Positions 11,340-23,585 of a DNA stretch of 64,000 bases are shown here, piece by piece. Position 1 is the first letter of the stretch. Every line of letters begins with the position of its first letter. Under the pieces are notes generated by a model. The model ran no database searches. It was given only the letters and a program-made list of their open reading frames with translations, and was not told where the DNA came from. The DNA lies in contig NC_068993.1 of NCBI RefSeq assembly GCF_001194135.2, positions 60,479,690 through 60,543,689 on the forward strand. The letters run 5' to 3'. The position numbers and the translations under genes were made by a program. Source of the stretch: Octopus bimaculoides. Its lineage: Eukaryota.

Positions 11340-11525
11340 ACTTTCAAATTTAGGCACAAGGCCAGCAATTTCAGGGGAAGGGTTTAGCCGATTACATCGA
11401 CACTGGTACTTATTTTATCGACCCCAAAAAGGACAAAAGTCAAAGGTGACTTCTGCAGAATTTGAACTCAGGATGTAAAGACAAATGCCCGATGTACTAA
11501 CAATTCTACCAGCTCATCACCTTAG
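11340..11525 (-). mobile_element. Family B SINE
   Basis: TTCAAATTTAGGCACAAGGCCAGCAATTTC..GATTACATCGA..ACTGGTACTTATTTTATCGACCCC..GAATTTGAACTCAG..CCAGCTCATC. Confidence 0.85.
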
Positions 11526-12989
11526 AAATAACAGTAATATATTGAGGTGTTTAGTTAATCATATTCGCCCTCGTCAAATCTATGATCTTGTGAGCAACTA
11601 TTTTGAAATAGGTTGGTTGACTGCAACTTGAAAAGCAAAGGTCAGAAATGGCGACCTCCTGTTAGTTTAGTTCTATTTTTCTTCTATTCAAAATCTAAAA
11701 TTATTTTACAAGATCAAATAAAATTGACCTTTTGGTAAACAGCCTTTAACCTGGATGTTTAGATAGGTTAGATTTCAACAACTTCCAGGCTTAAATATCT
11801 AGATCAAAACCAGTGACCTCCAATTCATTTCTGTTATTGAAGAAACCTAACAAGAGAACTGATGTGATATTAGGCAACCAGCTTGCTGGCTTTAGGTTCA
11901 AATCCAGAACAGGTTTTTGTTTTTTTTCTTCATTATGTATTTATGAAGTAGAAGTGATTCTGCATGGATTATGTGTTCAAAACTGGTGCTTGTATTCTTT
12001 TGCTATTTAACTCCAAATCAATCTTGATCAAGTAAACCTACAGTCAAAGACGGTTCATCCATGCCCATCCTGTCTTGTTTTTAGATATAGTTTATATAAG
12101 ACTACATTATTCAAAATCTTATCTTTTTAAAATAGCAGGCTGTGATTTTTAAGAAGTTTTAGCTTCTATTTCTAGCAGACTTTAGGAACCCACCAGGCCA
12201 GTAGGAACCAACCAGGCTATTTGGAAATGTTCCATAAATACACATCTTATCCAGTATGTGATTTACCCCAAGTTTGCTTAATGCCATGAAACAGAAACCA
12301 AATACCCAAACTGAAGAATTTATCTTGTGACACAAGAAACATTAATCTTCTTCATATGGAACAGTTAATTCTACATATCAGAGTTGACCAAATTGTTGAA
12401 AATAGTTACAGAATCATCTGAAGAATATTCACTGAGTTGGAGTCGTGTCTTATCCAGGAAAGGATTTCACTGTCTTAATCTAACATCATGGAATCACAGC
12501 AAAACATTGGCCCTTAAGAATCTCTGAGGTCAGTCTTAAGGGAACAGTGTATTTCTTAAATTTGTATCACATTTTTGTTACATTGGTATTAGCATTGCTT
12601 TTATACTACATGTGGTATATCACATGTGGATACATGTGTATCACATTTTTGTTACATTANNNNNNNNNNNNNNNNNNNNNNNNNNNNNNNNNNNNNNNNN
12701 NNNNNCACATTTTTGTTACATTGGTATTAGCATTGCTTTTATACTACATGTGGTATATCACATGTGGATACATGTGTATCACATTTTTGTTACATTAGTA
12801 TTAGCATTTCTTTTGGGCTACATGTGGTATGTTTGGGTTACATTTAACTTTTATCTTTTACTTGTTTCAGTCATTAGACTGCAGCCACCTTCAAAGTCTA
12901 ATGAAGCAAATTAAATTCTAGTATTTACAGAAAGAAAAAGAAAAAAAACTGCAATCAGAGAATTGATTTCTTACAAATATTAGTGAAGA

Positions 12990-13780
12990 AATAATTTCAA
13001 AGATCGAATCCAGCAATCTTTATCTTGTCAGTTGGGATCAATTATTTTCAACGATCAAATTTATTGACCTTTCACTTCACATGTCACTCTGATGAATCAA
13101 ATATTTTCAAAAATCAAATCCTATAACCTTTGCTGTGTTCTTCAAGAGGGTCTATAATTCTAAAAAGTTAACTCTCTGATCTTCAATATATTACTCACAA
13201 AAACTAAATATATTCGTGGTTCAAAGAGAGTGTTCAAATTGGGTGTTCTGTGTCATATTACTTCCTTCAGTCATATATTTCCAAAAGAGCAAACCCAGTA
13301 ACCTCCTGTATCATATTTCCCAACATACAAGTCAGTGTAGTACATAGTGGAAACATGTAGTACAAACATGTAGTGTAAACATGGAGTGTAAACATTCAAA
13401 CATAGTCACTATCTTTTCAAATCCAGTTGTATTTCACTTAGAAATTTTGGTCCTCCAAAGTCGTCTTCATGTATAATTCCTCCTACCTATTTTTGGCCAT
13501 AAATTTTGGCCTGAAAAATTCCACTTGTATCTTGGAAAATATAGTATTTTACTCTCGCGAATTAAGTATTTCTGAAGGTCAGATCCAGTGTCCGTTTCTT
13601 TGGTACTTCAGCAAATCAAACATTTCCAGAGAGCAAATCCAGTGACCTTGGTATGTTACTCAAGAGCATATTAATATTTTTGAAGGTCAAATCCAGCAAC
13701 ATTTGGTATTTAACTCAAGAGGATAAAATGCTTTCAAAGTTTAAACTTTGTCACTTTGTTATGTTATTCTAAGAAATCCG
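12990..13780 (+). repeat. Degenerate ~53-59-bp minisatellite-like array
   Basis: About 9-10 diverged units of approximate consensus AATATTTTCAAAGGTCAAATCCAGYRACCTTTGNTATGTTACTCAAGAG, interrupted at ~13320-13560. Confidence 0.6.
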
Positions 13781-13936
13781 ATGACCCTTTAGCATTTCAT
13801 CCAGCCAGATCTGACCCAAATATTCTGCCTGTTTTATGTTCAAACAGATTAGGTCTGACCTCTCACACCTACCCTACAATGTCATTCTAAAAATAAACAA
13901 TCACATTATCAAAATCTCAAAGCTGCAAGATAATGC

Positions 13937-13948
13937 AGATCGGAAGAG
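13937..13948 (+). other. Illumina adapter prefix retained at a contig end (assembly contaminant)
   Basis: AGATCGGAAGAG immediately before an N-gap. The true continuation (GCATGATT..) is seen in the duplicated copy after the gap. Confidence 0.9.
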
Positions 13949-14100
13949 NNNNNNNNNNNNNNNNNNNNNNNNNNNNTCTCACACCTACCCTACAATGTCA
14001 TTCTAAAAATAAACAATCACATTATCAAAATCTCAAAGCTGCAAGATAATGCATGATTAATTCTAAACAATGTGAATTAATAAGTATTACATTTCTCAGA

Positions 14101-14483
14101 TGGAGGCACAATGGCCCAGTGGTTAGGGCAGCAGACTCGCGGTCATAGGATTGTGGTTTTGATTCCCAGACCAGGCGTTGTGAGTGTTTATTGAGTGAAA
14201 ACACCTAAAGCTCCATGAGGCTCCAGCAGGGGATGGTGGAGAACCCTGCTGTACTCTTCCACCACAACTTTCTCTCCCTCTTACTTCCTGTTCTGTTGTG
14301 CCTGTAATTCAAAGGGTCAGCCTTGTCACACTGTGTCACGCTGAATATCCCCGAGAACTACGTTAAGGGTACATGTGTCTGTGGAGTGCTCAGCCACTTG
14401 CAATTTAATTTCACGAGCAGGCTGTTCCGTTGACCGGATCAACTGGAACACTTGACGTCGTAAGTGACGGAGTGCCAACAACA
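14101..14483 (+). mobile_element. Full-length tRNA-derived SINE, family C, with TSD
   Basis: A box TGGCCCAGTGG, B-box-like GGTTTTGATTCC and (CAA)n tail. 12-bp TSD ACATTTCTCAGA at 14089-14100 and 14484-14495. Confidence 0.92.
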
Positions 14484-14988
14484 ACATTTCTCAGAGTAAT
14501 CTAAAGAGCTAAAAGTCAACTCCTGCAAAAAATGTAAATAATGTAAATAATGAAAACTAGAGGTATTTTTAGTCTACTGCTTCTGTGGTCAGCATTTGAA
14601 AGTGTTTGTACTTCTATTTTAACCAGCAGTAACTATGATAGCCGTTAGTAAATACTAAAGCTATTAGTAACGATAGCCACATCAATTACTACTATAACTC
14701 TCTGAAGCTACCAAAGTCACCAATAGTCACTCTTTTAGCTGTCAATATCTGAAAGAAATTATGTTGATGTGTACTTAAGTGTCTAAACATATTTCTATTG
14801 CGTTCAGTTTTCACAAATAATCACTAAGTCACTCACCGTGTAACATATTGAATAGATTGTGGATAAAATTAAAATATAAAATTAAAAATAGACTTACAAA
14901 AAAAAAAAATGAGCAAATTTTAAAAAGCAAATTATTTTTTGTGTGTTTGTGATATCAACATTGAATAGAAGATATGTGTGTGTGTGTG

Positions 14989-15021
<33 letters not shown>

Positions 15022-15552
15022 ATTGGAATTCCTTGCTTCAGTAAATTTTTGAGATAAATACGCAAGAATTGAAGCAAGTAATAGATCATCAAGCCCTGAT
15101 GCTTGGATGCCTTTGCAAGAATCTNNNNNNNNNNNNNNNNNNNNNNNNNNNNNNNNNNNNNNNNNNNNNNNNNNNNNNNNNNNNNNNNNNNNNNNNNNNN
15201 NNNNNNNNNNNNNNNNNNNNNNNNNNNNNNNNNNNNNNNNNNNNNNNNNNNNNNNNNNNNNNNNNNNNNNNNNNNNNNNNNNNNNNNNNNNNNNNNNNNN
15301 NNNNNNNNNNNNNNNNNNNNNNNNNNNNNNNNNNNNNNNNNNNNNNNNNNNNNNNNNNNNNGAAGGCTCGAGGAATGGTTATGGATGTACTTTCCTGCCT
15401 CTTACTAAATCATGTAAACAATTTTAAAAATACCAACCAACATCCCAAACACTGTAGAATACAAATATTTGGGAAAATTAGAATAATGGAAAACAATATT
15501 GGAATGGAAATAAAAGACTGCAAACCCTACAAGAAGAGTTAGTTGAGAAGAA

Positions 15553-15720
15553 GTAGGTAAGGCCATGTGGTAAGAAGCTTGCTTCCCAACCACATGGTTC
15601 AGGGTTCAGTTCCACTGTATGGCTACTGGGGCAAGTGTCTTCTATTATAGCCCCAGGCCAACCAAAGCCTTGTGAGTGGATTTGTTAGACGGAAGCTGAA
15701 AGAAGCCTGTTGTTTATGTA
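15553..15720 (+). mobile_element. Family A SINE, 5' half
   Basis: GTGGTAAGAAGCTTGCTTCCCAACCACATGGTTCAGGGTTCAGT...GACGGAAGCTGAAAGAAGCC. Confidence 0.88.
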
Positions 15721-16489
15721 TGTGCATGCATGTGTGTGTGTGTGTGTGTGTTACTATTTTCTTACATTCACATCATGTGTAAATAATATCAGGTCTACTA
15801 AAACAATAACAACAAAAATAAGAGTAAATACGGTGTGTGTGAGCATTGGGGGTGAAATGGATTATCTGTTAGTTGTAACATTTGGTTATCTCACAGTTTG
15901 AGAGAGATTCAGCTGCTATTTCTAGCAGGTGGAGCAACCATGTAAAGGCTTCTTTGTTAACACATAGCAATATTATCGTTTTTCAAAGAGGGTGGGGGGG
16001 GGTACCAACTGAAACGGTTACTCGTCTGTTACTTGATGGAAAGGAAACTTTGTAGGAATCTAAGTTGACACATTAATAGCAATAAATCGATCAATCAATC
16101 AATCAATTAATCAGCCTGAACTTCAGTCAATACATATTTAAACAAAATGTAGGGTTATAGGAGAGATAGATGCAAAGACACAAGCCAGTGATCACTCTGC
16201 TGGATGTCCAATATCCTATTGATCGGTCATCTATTGATAGTCATTTCTATTGTGTAGTGGGAACAAGTCTACTTCACTAATTTACTATTAAAGATGGTGG
16301 ATTAGCAAAGTCATTAGAGCATCAAATAGAATAACTTGCAATATTCGTTTGGGGTTGATAAAAATAGTAACCAGTCCAGGGTAGCAGATTGGTAGAATTG
16401 CAAAAGCATCTGATGTAGTGCCTTACCATTTCTGTTCTCATTCTAAATGTTCTGATAGTAATACCAACCATAATCGAAATCGAAATTGA

Positions 16490-16740
16490 ACCATACTCGA
16501 TGACTGGCACCTGCGCCAGTGGAGCACTAACAGCACTGTTGAGCATGTTCATTGCCAGAGCAGCTGTCTGGCTTCCGTGCTAGCTGCCCGTAAATAGCAC
16601 CATTTGAGCGTAATGGTTACCAGTGTTGCCTTCTAGTACTTGTGCTGGTGGCATTTGAGTGAGGTCGTTGCCAGTGCCGCTGGACTGGCTCCCATGCAGG
16701 TGGCATGTAAAAAACACCTTTTTGAGCGAGGCCATTGGCG
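16490..16740 (+). mobile_element. RTE 3'-UTR-derived repeat fragment
   Basis: Repeated GGCAYGTAAAAAGCACC-type motifs, as in the reverse complement of 3590-3720. Confidence 0.55.
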
Positions 16741-17055
16741 CCACCATTGCTACCATATTTGTTTGTTAAAATAATATAAGGACATTTCTTATTCACTCAC
16801 TAATCGTATTAATAGTTTGCAGTATCTATTTTTAGCAATAAACTCTTACCATAAAGGTTGATTAAATATTTAATGGCTTAATTACACCCAACTGATTCCA
16901 GAATTTATATATTGACATAGGATCAGGGGTAGAAACGGGAGCAGAACTAAAACAGGAACTGAACAGGGAACAGGATAGAACATGAAACAGTGTGAGGGGA
17001 ACAGGAACTAGAAATAACCCCCGCTTTTCCAAGTATTACTGGGTAATTCAGCTAG

Positions 17056-17091
<36 letters not shown>

Positions 17092-17103
17092 CATGTGTGT
17101 GCA

Positions 17104-17136
<33 letters not shown>

Positions 17137-17469
17137 NNNNNNNNNNNNNNNNNNNNNNNNNNNNNNNNNNNNNNNNNNNNNNNNNNNNNNNNNNNNNNNN
17201 NNNNNNNNNNNNNNNNNNNNNNNNNNNNNNNNNNNNNNNNNNNNNNNNNNNNNNNNNNNNNNNNNNNNNNNNNNNNNNNNNNNNNNNNNNNNNNNNNNNN
17301 NNNNNNNNNNNNNNNNNNNNNNNNNNNNNNNNNNNNNNNNNNNNNNNNNNNNNNNNNNNNNNNNNNNNNNNNNNNNNNNNNNNNNNNNNNNNNNNNNNNN
17401 NNNNNNNNNNNNNNNNNNNNNNNNNNNNNNNNTATATATATATATATTATATATATATGTATATCTATG

Positions 17470-17697
17470 CGTGTGTGTCTCTTTGTGTCTGTGTTTGTCC
17501 CCCACCAGTGCTTGACAACTGGTGTTGGTGTGTTTATGTCCCCATTACTTAATGGTTCAGCCAAAGAGACTGATTGAATAAGCACCAGGTTTAGATAAAA
17601 AAAGAGCAGTTGGGTTGATTCATTTGACTAAAAATTCTTCAAGGTGGTGCCCCAGCATGGCCACAGTCGAATGAATGAAACAAGTAAAAGGTAAAAA
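17470..17697 (+). mobile_element. Family A SINE, 3' half
   Basis: GTGTTTGTCCCCCACCAGTGCTTGACAACTGGTG...GGTGGTGCCCCAGCATGGCCACAGTC..GAAACAAGTAAAAG. Confidence 0.88.
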
Positions 17698-18246
17698 CTA
17701 ACAACGAATGATTCCTATTTTGAACCATTCTGCAGACGGATTATTTTAGAATCCGGTCTGTAAAACAATATTTCATGCAGTTCATTACTTGCCCACAGTT
17801 AATTATGATTAATTACAAGAGGAATAAATGGAACAGACAAAGAAACGACAACAACATCAACAACAACACCACCAAAATACAGACACAGATTAGTAACTCG
17901 TCTCCACACACACTGGTATGATGCATACATGCATATGCTGCTTGGTGCACAAATATATGCACATACATACATACACACACACACATACACATAGCTACAC
18001 GTGCAGAGAAGTACAAAAATAGTCAAACATACAAAAACAACAAACACAATTCAAAGAATACAAATGGTTCCATCTTCTTTGATAGAACACCAAACCATCA
18101 CCACTGCCTTTTCTACAACCACCATTCCTATCACTGCCAAAACCATAAATGCTGCCTCACACACACACACACACACACACATTAAATAATGAACTCATTA
18201 CATCAGGCAATTTATATTATTATAAATGACTTTCTTTTGTAGTCTA

Positions 18247-18422
18247 TCTTTGACTTCTTTCACTCATTAGACTGTGGCCATGCTGGGGCACAACCTTCAG
18301 GAATTTTTAAACCTGGTCTCTTTTTGCCAAACTGCTAAGTTATGGAGACATAAACACACCAACATTGGTTATCAAGCAGTGGTTGGGGACAAACAGACAT
18401 AAAGACGTGTATGCGTGCACAT

Positions 18423-18455
<33 letters not shown>

Positions 18456-18600
18456 TACACATACGCATATAATGGGCTTCTTTCAGTTTCTATCTACCAT
18501 ATGCTGAGGCTATATTAGAAGGTGCCACACAGAAGGACTGAACCCAGAGTCATTCGGTTGGGAAGCAAACTTCTTACCACAAAGCCACACCTGTGCCTAT
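18247..18600 (-). mobile_element. Family A SINE, near full length
   Basis: Reverse-strand match from tail (TCATTAGACTGTGGCCATGCTGGGGCAC) to head (CTTACCACAAAGCCACACCTGTGCCTA). Confidence 0.88.
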
Positions 18601-18629
18601 TGAATGACTGACTGTCTTACAAAATTATT

Positions 18630-19620
18630 ATTTCATTTCAACCTACATATATATACAATCATAAACCTACTATATACACCAGGTATGTGAATGACATATT
18701 GATTGTAATGGCCATACAAGAAGGCATTGAGAAGTAAAAGAAGAACCCGACAACAACCAGCCCTCAACTGAAATTCAAAAATCTCAAACAATACAGGTAA
18801 CATTTCTAGAACCACAATAACTATATTTCTAGACATAAACATTCAGGTAGAAAATAACAGGTGCACCATATCTGTTTACACCAAAGACACAAAGAAATTC
18901 ATATATTTACATGAAGACAGTGAATGGCTGCATTGATATAAAATACCAGCAGTAAAATGTAAAATCCATATTCGAAGAGAATTGAGGTTCTCTTCTACAG
19001 AGAAGCACCAAATAAAGTAATGCACGGAATAAATAAACAGTTATCAACAAGAGGTATTCTTCTAACAAAAACTGAGAGATCAAGTCATAGAAAAATACAT
19101 TGTATTGAATGCATTAGATGTTGCACCTATTAAAAATATGCAATCAACACATTAAGAGTGTGATATGAATCAAATGGTTACTAACGATAAAATAGTGGAA
19201 CACATCATCCAAACCTCGTTAACAGAATACAAACTGGATTACACCAAATGATGAATTAAAATGCATAATAGACAAAAATTAACCAAAACCCTCCTTATCA
19301 GTAACATCCCACGAGCAAGTAAATCCATGAACAAACTGCTGATAGACAATATGATTTATGAAGTTGATTGTAAACATCAAAGTTGTAAATGTATAACTAC
19401 TGCATTATTAATACAAATATGACCCACACCTGTTATTTGTAACGGTGGGGGTGGCTATTGCAGTGTAAGGCATTGTGCAACACAAAACCAAACGAGATAG
19501 GAAAACATTAGCAGACAACACATCGATGCTCAACAGAATCCTTCACAAAAATGGATAATCAATTACAGAAGAAATGCTGGTAATATGGCACCATGTTATG
19601 GTAAATACTGACAGAGTATA
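18630..19620 (+). pseudogene. Fossil Penelope-like element ORF (RT palm/thumb plus GIY-YIG endonuclease)
   Basis: KPTIYTRYVNDILIV (YVDD motif decayed to YVND, 18684-18695); PQLKF; IFLDINIQVENNRCTISVYTKDT..YLHEDSEW..YK (FLDI at 18826-18837); NMIYEVDC (19348-19371); later RKTLADNTSML and ITEEMLVI..VNT. Motif order matches PLE ORFs; many stops and frameshifts. Confidence 0.78.
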
Positions 19621-19621
19621 C

Positions 19622-19795
19622 ACCATCATCATTTTAATGTCCTCTTTTCCATGCTGGCATGGGTCAGACAGAGTTTTATTGAGGCAGATATTTTCTCTGG
19701 TTGGATTCCCATCCTGTTGCTAACCCTCAACTGTTTCCAGGCAAGGTAATATTTCCCTCTGACCAGACATGCTTTGCATGGAAGAATGGAATGAA
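19622..19795 (-). mobile_element. RTE-tail-derived element (variant body)
   Basis: CATCATCATTTTAATGTCCTCTTTTCCATGCTGGCATGGGTCAGAC is the reverse complement of the shared RTE-type tail. Confidence 0.8.
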
Positions 19796-20451
19796 TGATA
19801 AAAACTGCATATACATACATGCANNNNNNNNNNNNNNNNNNNNNNNNNNNNNNNNNNNNNNNNNNNNNNNNNNNNNNNNNNNNNNNNNNNNNNNNNNNNN
19901 NNNNNNNNNNNNNNNNNNNNNNNNNNNNNNNNNNNNNNNNNNNNNNNNNNNNNNNNNNNNNNNNNNNNNNNNNNNNNNNNNNNNNNNNNNNNNNNNNNNN
20001 NNNNNNNNNNNNNNNNNNNNNNNNNNNNNNNNNNNNNNNNNNNNNNNNNNNNNNNNNNNNNNNNNNNNNNNNNNNNNNNNNNNNNNNNNNNNNNNNNNNN
20101 NNNNNNNNNNNNNNNNNNNNNNNNNNNNNNNNNNNNNNNNNNNNNNNNNNNNNNNNNNNNNNNNNNNNNNNNNNNNNNNNNNNNNNNNNNNNNNNNNNNN
20201 NNNNNNNNNNNNNNNNNNNNNNNNNNNNNNNNNNNNNNNNNNNNNNNNNNNNNNNNNNNNNNNNNNNNNNNNNNNNNNNNNNNNNNNNNNNNNNNNNNNN
20301 NNNNNNNNNNNNNNNNNNNNNNNNNNNNNNNNNNNNNNNNNNNNNNNNNNNNNNNNNNNNNNNNNNNNNNNNNNNNNNNNNNNNNNNNNNNNNNNNNNNN
20401 NNNNNNNNNNNNNNNNNNNNNNNNNNNNNNNNNNNNNNNNNNNNNNNNNNN

Positions 20452-20499
<48 letters not shown>

Positions 20500-21284
20500 T
20501 GCATATATACACACACATTTATATATATACACATACATATATATGTATGTATTATGCATGTATATATGTATGTACGTATGTGTGTGTTTTGTGTGTGTGT
20601 GTGCATGTGTGTGTGTATTTAGGTGTATACATTTATGTGTTTTTCTATGTGCATGTATGTATATATGTATATGTATATATATGTATGTACGTGTGTGTAT
20701 ATGGCTGTGTCTGTGCATGTGTGTGTGTTTAGGTGTATGCATGTATGTGTTGTTTTATGTGCATGTATGCATGTGTGTGTGTGGATCTGTAAAAGGTATG
20801 TGTGTGTGTGTGTGCATCTGTCTATTATTATGTGTGTGTATATGCAAGCGTCTCCGCATCTTGTTTTTCTAGTTGATAAATGAAATATAGGTTTGCTTGG
20901 TTTCCTAATTTTGATTTCTCAGTTGTTTAGTTTTTATTCCTGTGATACACATATACATACACACTCCCACACACACATTCCCACACATGACATACACACA
21001 CACACACACCTATACCTATATAATTTAAGACCTATTATTACGACGGTTTTAACCTCGTGTTTTCCAAGTGTAAAATATNNNNNNNNNNATTACGACGGTT
21101 TTAACCTCGTGTTTTCCAAGTGTAAAATATATTTCACACTTAAAAAAAAAATCTAAGAAAAAAAAAAATTGATCATAATGGTAAGTCTTAAATCAGAACT
21201 ATAAAACCTCTACATTTGTAGCCTGTATTGAGTACATAATTTACAGGAAGTTTCGTTTGATTGAAAAAAAGAAAAAGAAAAAGT

Positions 21285-21638
21285 ATGTATAGGTGCAGCC
21301 ATAGGTGTGTGTGGTTAAGTGGTTTGTTTCCAAACTATGCGGTTTAAGGTTCATTCCCAAGATATGGACACTGGTCTCTTTTGTTAAGTCTGTGATATAA
21401 CCAGTGTTTTGGGAATGAAATTTGGCATAAAGAACCTGAAAAAGCCCATCATATTTATTCTCTTATTCTTTTATTTCTTTCAGTCTTTAGACTGTGGCCA
21501 TGCTGGGGCACCGCCTTGATGGTTTTACTCGAACTAATCAACCCATGATTTAATATTCTTTTCAAGCATGGTACTTGCTCTACCAATCTCTCTTTGCCAA
21601 ACTACAAAGTTATGGGGATGTAAGCAAACCGACAGTGG

Positions 21639-21640
<2 letters not shown>
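21285..21640. mobile_element. Degenerate family A SINE pieces (5' part on +, 3' part on -)
   Basis: GTATAGGTGCAG..GTGTGGTTAAG on +; TTAGACTGTGGCCATGCTGGGGCACCGCCTTGA and CTCTTTGCCAAAC..AAGTTATGGGGATGTAA on -. Confidence 0.7.
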
Positions 21641-21715
<75 letters not shown>

Positions 21716-22944
21716 TATACACACACACATATTTTTATGCATATTCTTTTAGATGGCTGATGAGACATGTTGAAACACAGTGTCCCAGAATGCCTTGCAC
21801 CAATGAGCTGAGAGTGTTGAAAACAATGTCATCATAAAATAGAGGCGTCCTTCCATGACCAACACTACAGCATCCAACATTTTTTTGTCTACAAGTATTA
21901 AGAATAATAAGCAACTAACTGTTTTTCTTTTATCCATCTCCATTTCAGCTTAAAGGACAAGTCCATGCTGGGGCACAGGCATTTTCTTCAACTCTCCAAT
22001 GACCATTCTTAGGTGGTTGGCTTTTGATGAATAAGGAAATTTGATATTGCTCTCCTCATTTGAGTCCCTTGCCACACACATACACACACACAGCCGGATT
22101 AAGACCCATCGAATACTTAAGCACTTAAAAGATTTTGGTGTCCCTATCAAAGATTACGTAATTCAAAATATAAACAATAACAAACCATAAAATAAATTCT
22201 TATTTTTCAGAACAAAACAAAACAGTAAAAGGGAAAATAAGGTTTATTTTTGTATAATTCCATTTTATTTATATTTGAAAAGTTACCTCCTACTTTTTAG
22301 AATTGCAAAGTCTTTGATCAGATCCTCAAAATTAATCTTAGGTTAACATAATTACATCTATATTTAGTAGAGATAAAGGTATCCCAAATATTATTTCAGC
22401 AAGTTTAATGTGATTTCTTTTGTGCTGTAAACCATTTACCATTTTTGTGGTGGCCCCCCTTCCCTTGGTGCCCTAAGCACATGCCTATTTTGCTTAATCT
22501 TTATTCTAGTGCTGCACATGCACACACAAACACACACACACACATACACACACACATACACACATAATATTTTTGTGTGTGTGTGTGTTAAGTGACTGCA
22601 CTAAACGTACTGTGAAAGAGAATGCCAAACTTCCCCCCTTTGTGCAAAAAAGCTGTCATTGAGTGAATGAGCATCTCAGTGACTTAGCGGGTGTGTTAGT
22701 GAGGCTAAGCCATGGTGACGATGGCAGTGGTAGTGGCGGCAGCGGCGGTGGTGATGGTGGTGGTGGTGGTAGTGTCTCCCTACGTTCCCCTGTGGTGTCA
22801 GTGGGAGGTAACCACAGAAGGACAGTTAGCAAAGAACATTGGTATATGGCAGCGAGTGGTGGGGGGGATTGCATTATTAAAGATTGCCTGCTGGCATTGA
22901 CGGAAAATATTGGTATCTGTCAAAATACAAGACTCAAGTGAACA

Positions 22945-23018
22945 ATGCCAACTAAAACAAGCAATGAAGAAATGTTCCTTGACATCTCACCAAAAATAAT
23001 GACAGTTTTTTCAGGCAG
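22945..23018 (+). CDS. Candidate first coding exon (24 codons plus 2 nt), unidentified
   Basis: ACAATG start, [24 protein letters not shown], consensus donor CAG|GTAAGT at 23019; lies in unique non-repeat sequence. Confidence 0.28.
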
Positions 23019-23149
23019 GTAAGTTTTGATAGCTTGATTGAAGATGGAAGTCAATGCTAGATTTATGTGTGTCTGTATGTATGTATGCATGTATGTATGT
23101 GTATGTATGTGTGTATGCATGTATGTATGTATGTGTGTATGTATGATAG

Positions 23150-23189
<40 letters not shown>

Positions 23190-23541
23190 TCTATTGCGTT
23201 TTTGTTCCATATATACATATATATATATATACATACACACACACACACATATATATATATACGTATATATATATATAAATACATATATATATGTATCCAT
23301 ATATATGTCTATGTCTATATATATATATATATATATATGTATATACATACATATATATATAAAGCCATTCGCACCAAAAGCATATATATATATATATATA
23401 TATATATCTACACATACATACATACATACATATATATATATATATAAATATACATACATACATATATGTGTGTGTGGGCATGTAATATATATATGCATAT
23501 CTATAAATGTATACATATATATGCATATGTAAGTATATATG

Positions 23542-23585
<44 letters not shown>

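Noticed and set aside
12568-13780. CRISPR-like array (periodic repeats)
   Set aside because: Eukaryotic context, no identical repeats with unique spacers, and no cas genes.
14101-14175. Functional tRNA genes at SINE heads (also 5665-5731, 40766, 46993, 49146)
   Set aside because: No complete cloverleaf or acceptor stem, and each continues into a repeat body.
22091-22512. Possible hAT non-autonomous element (CAGCCGGATTAAG ... TAGTGCTG)
   Set aside because: The ends are too degenerate and no TSD was found.
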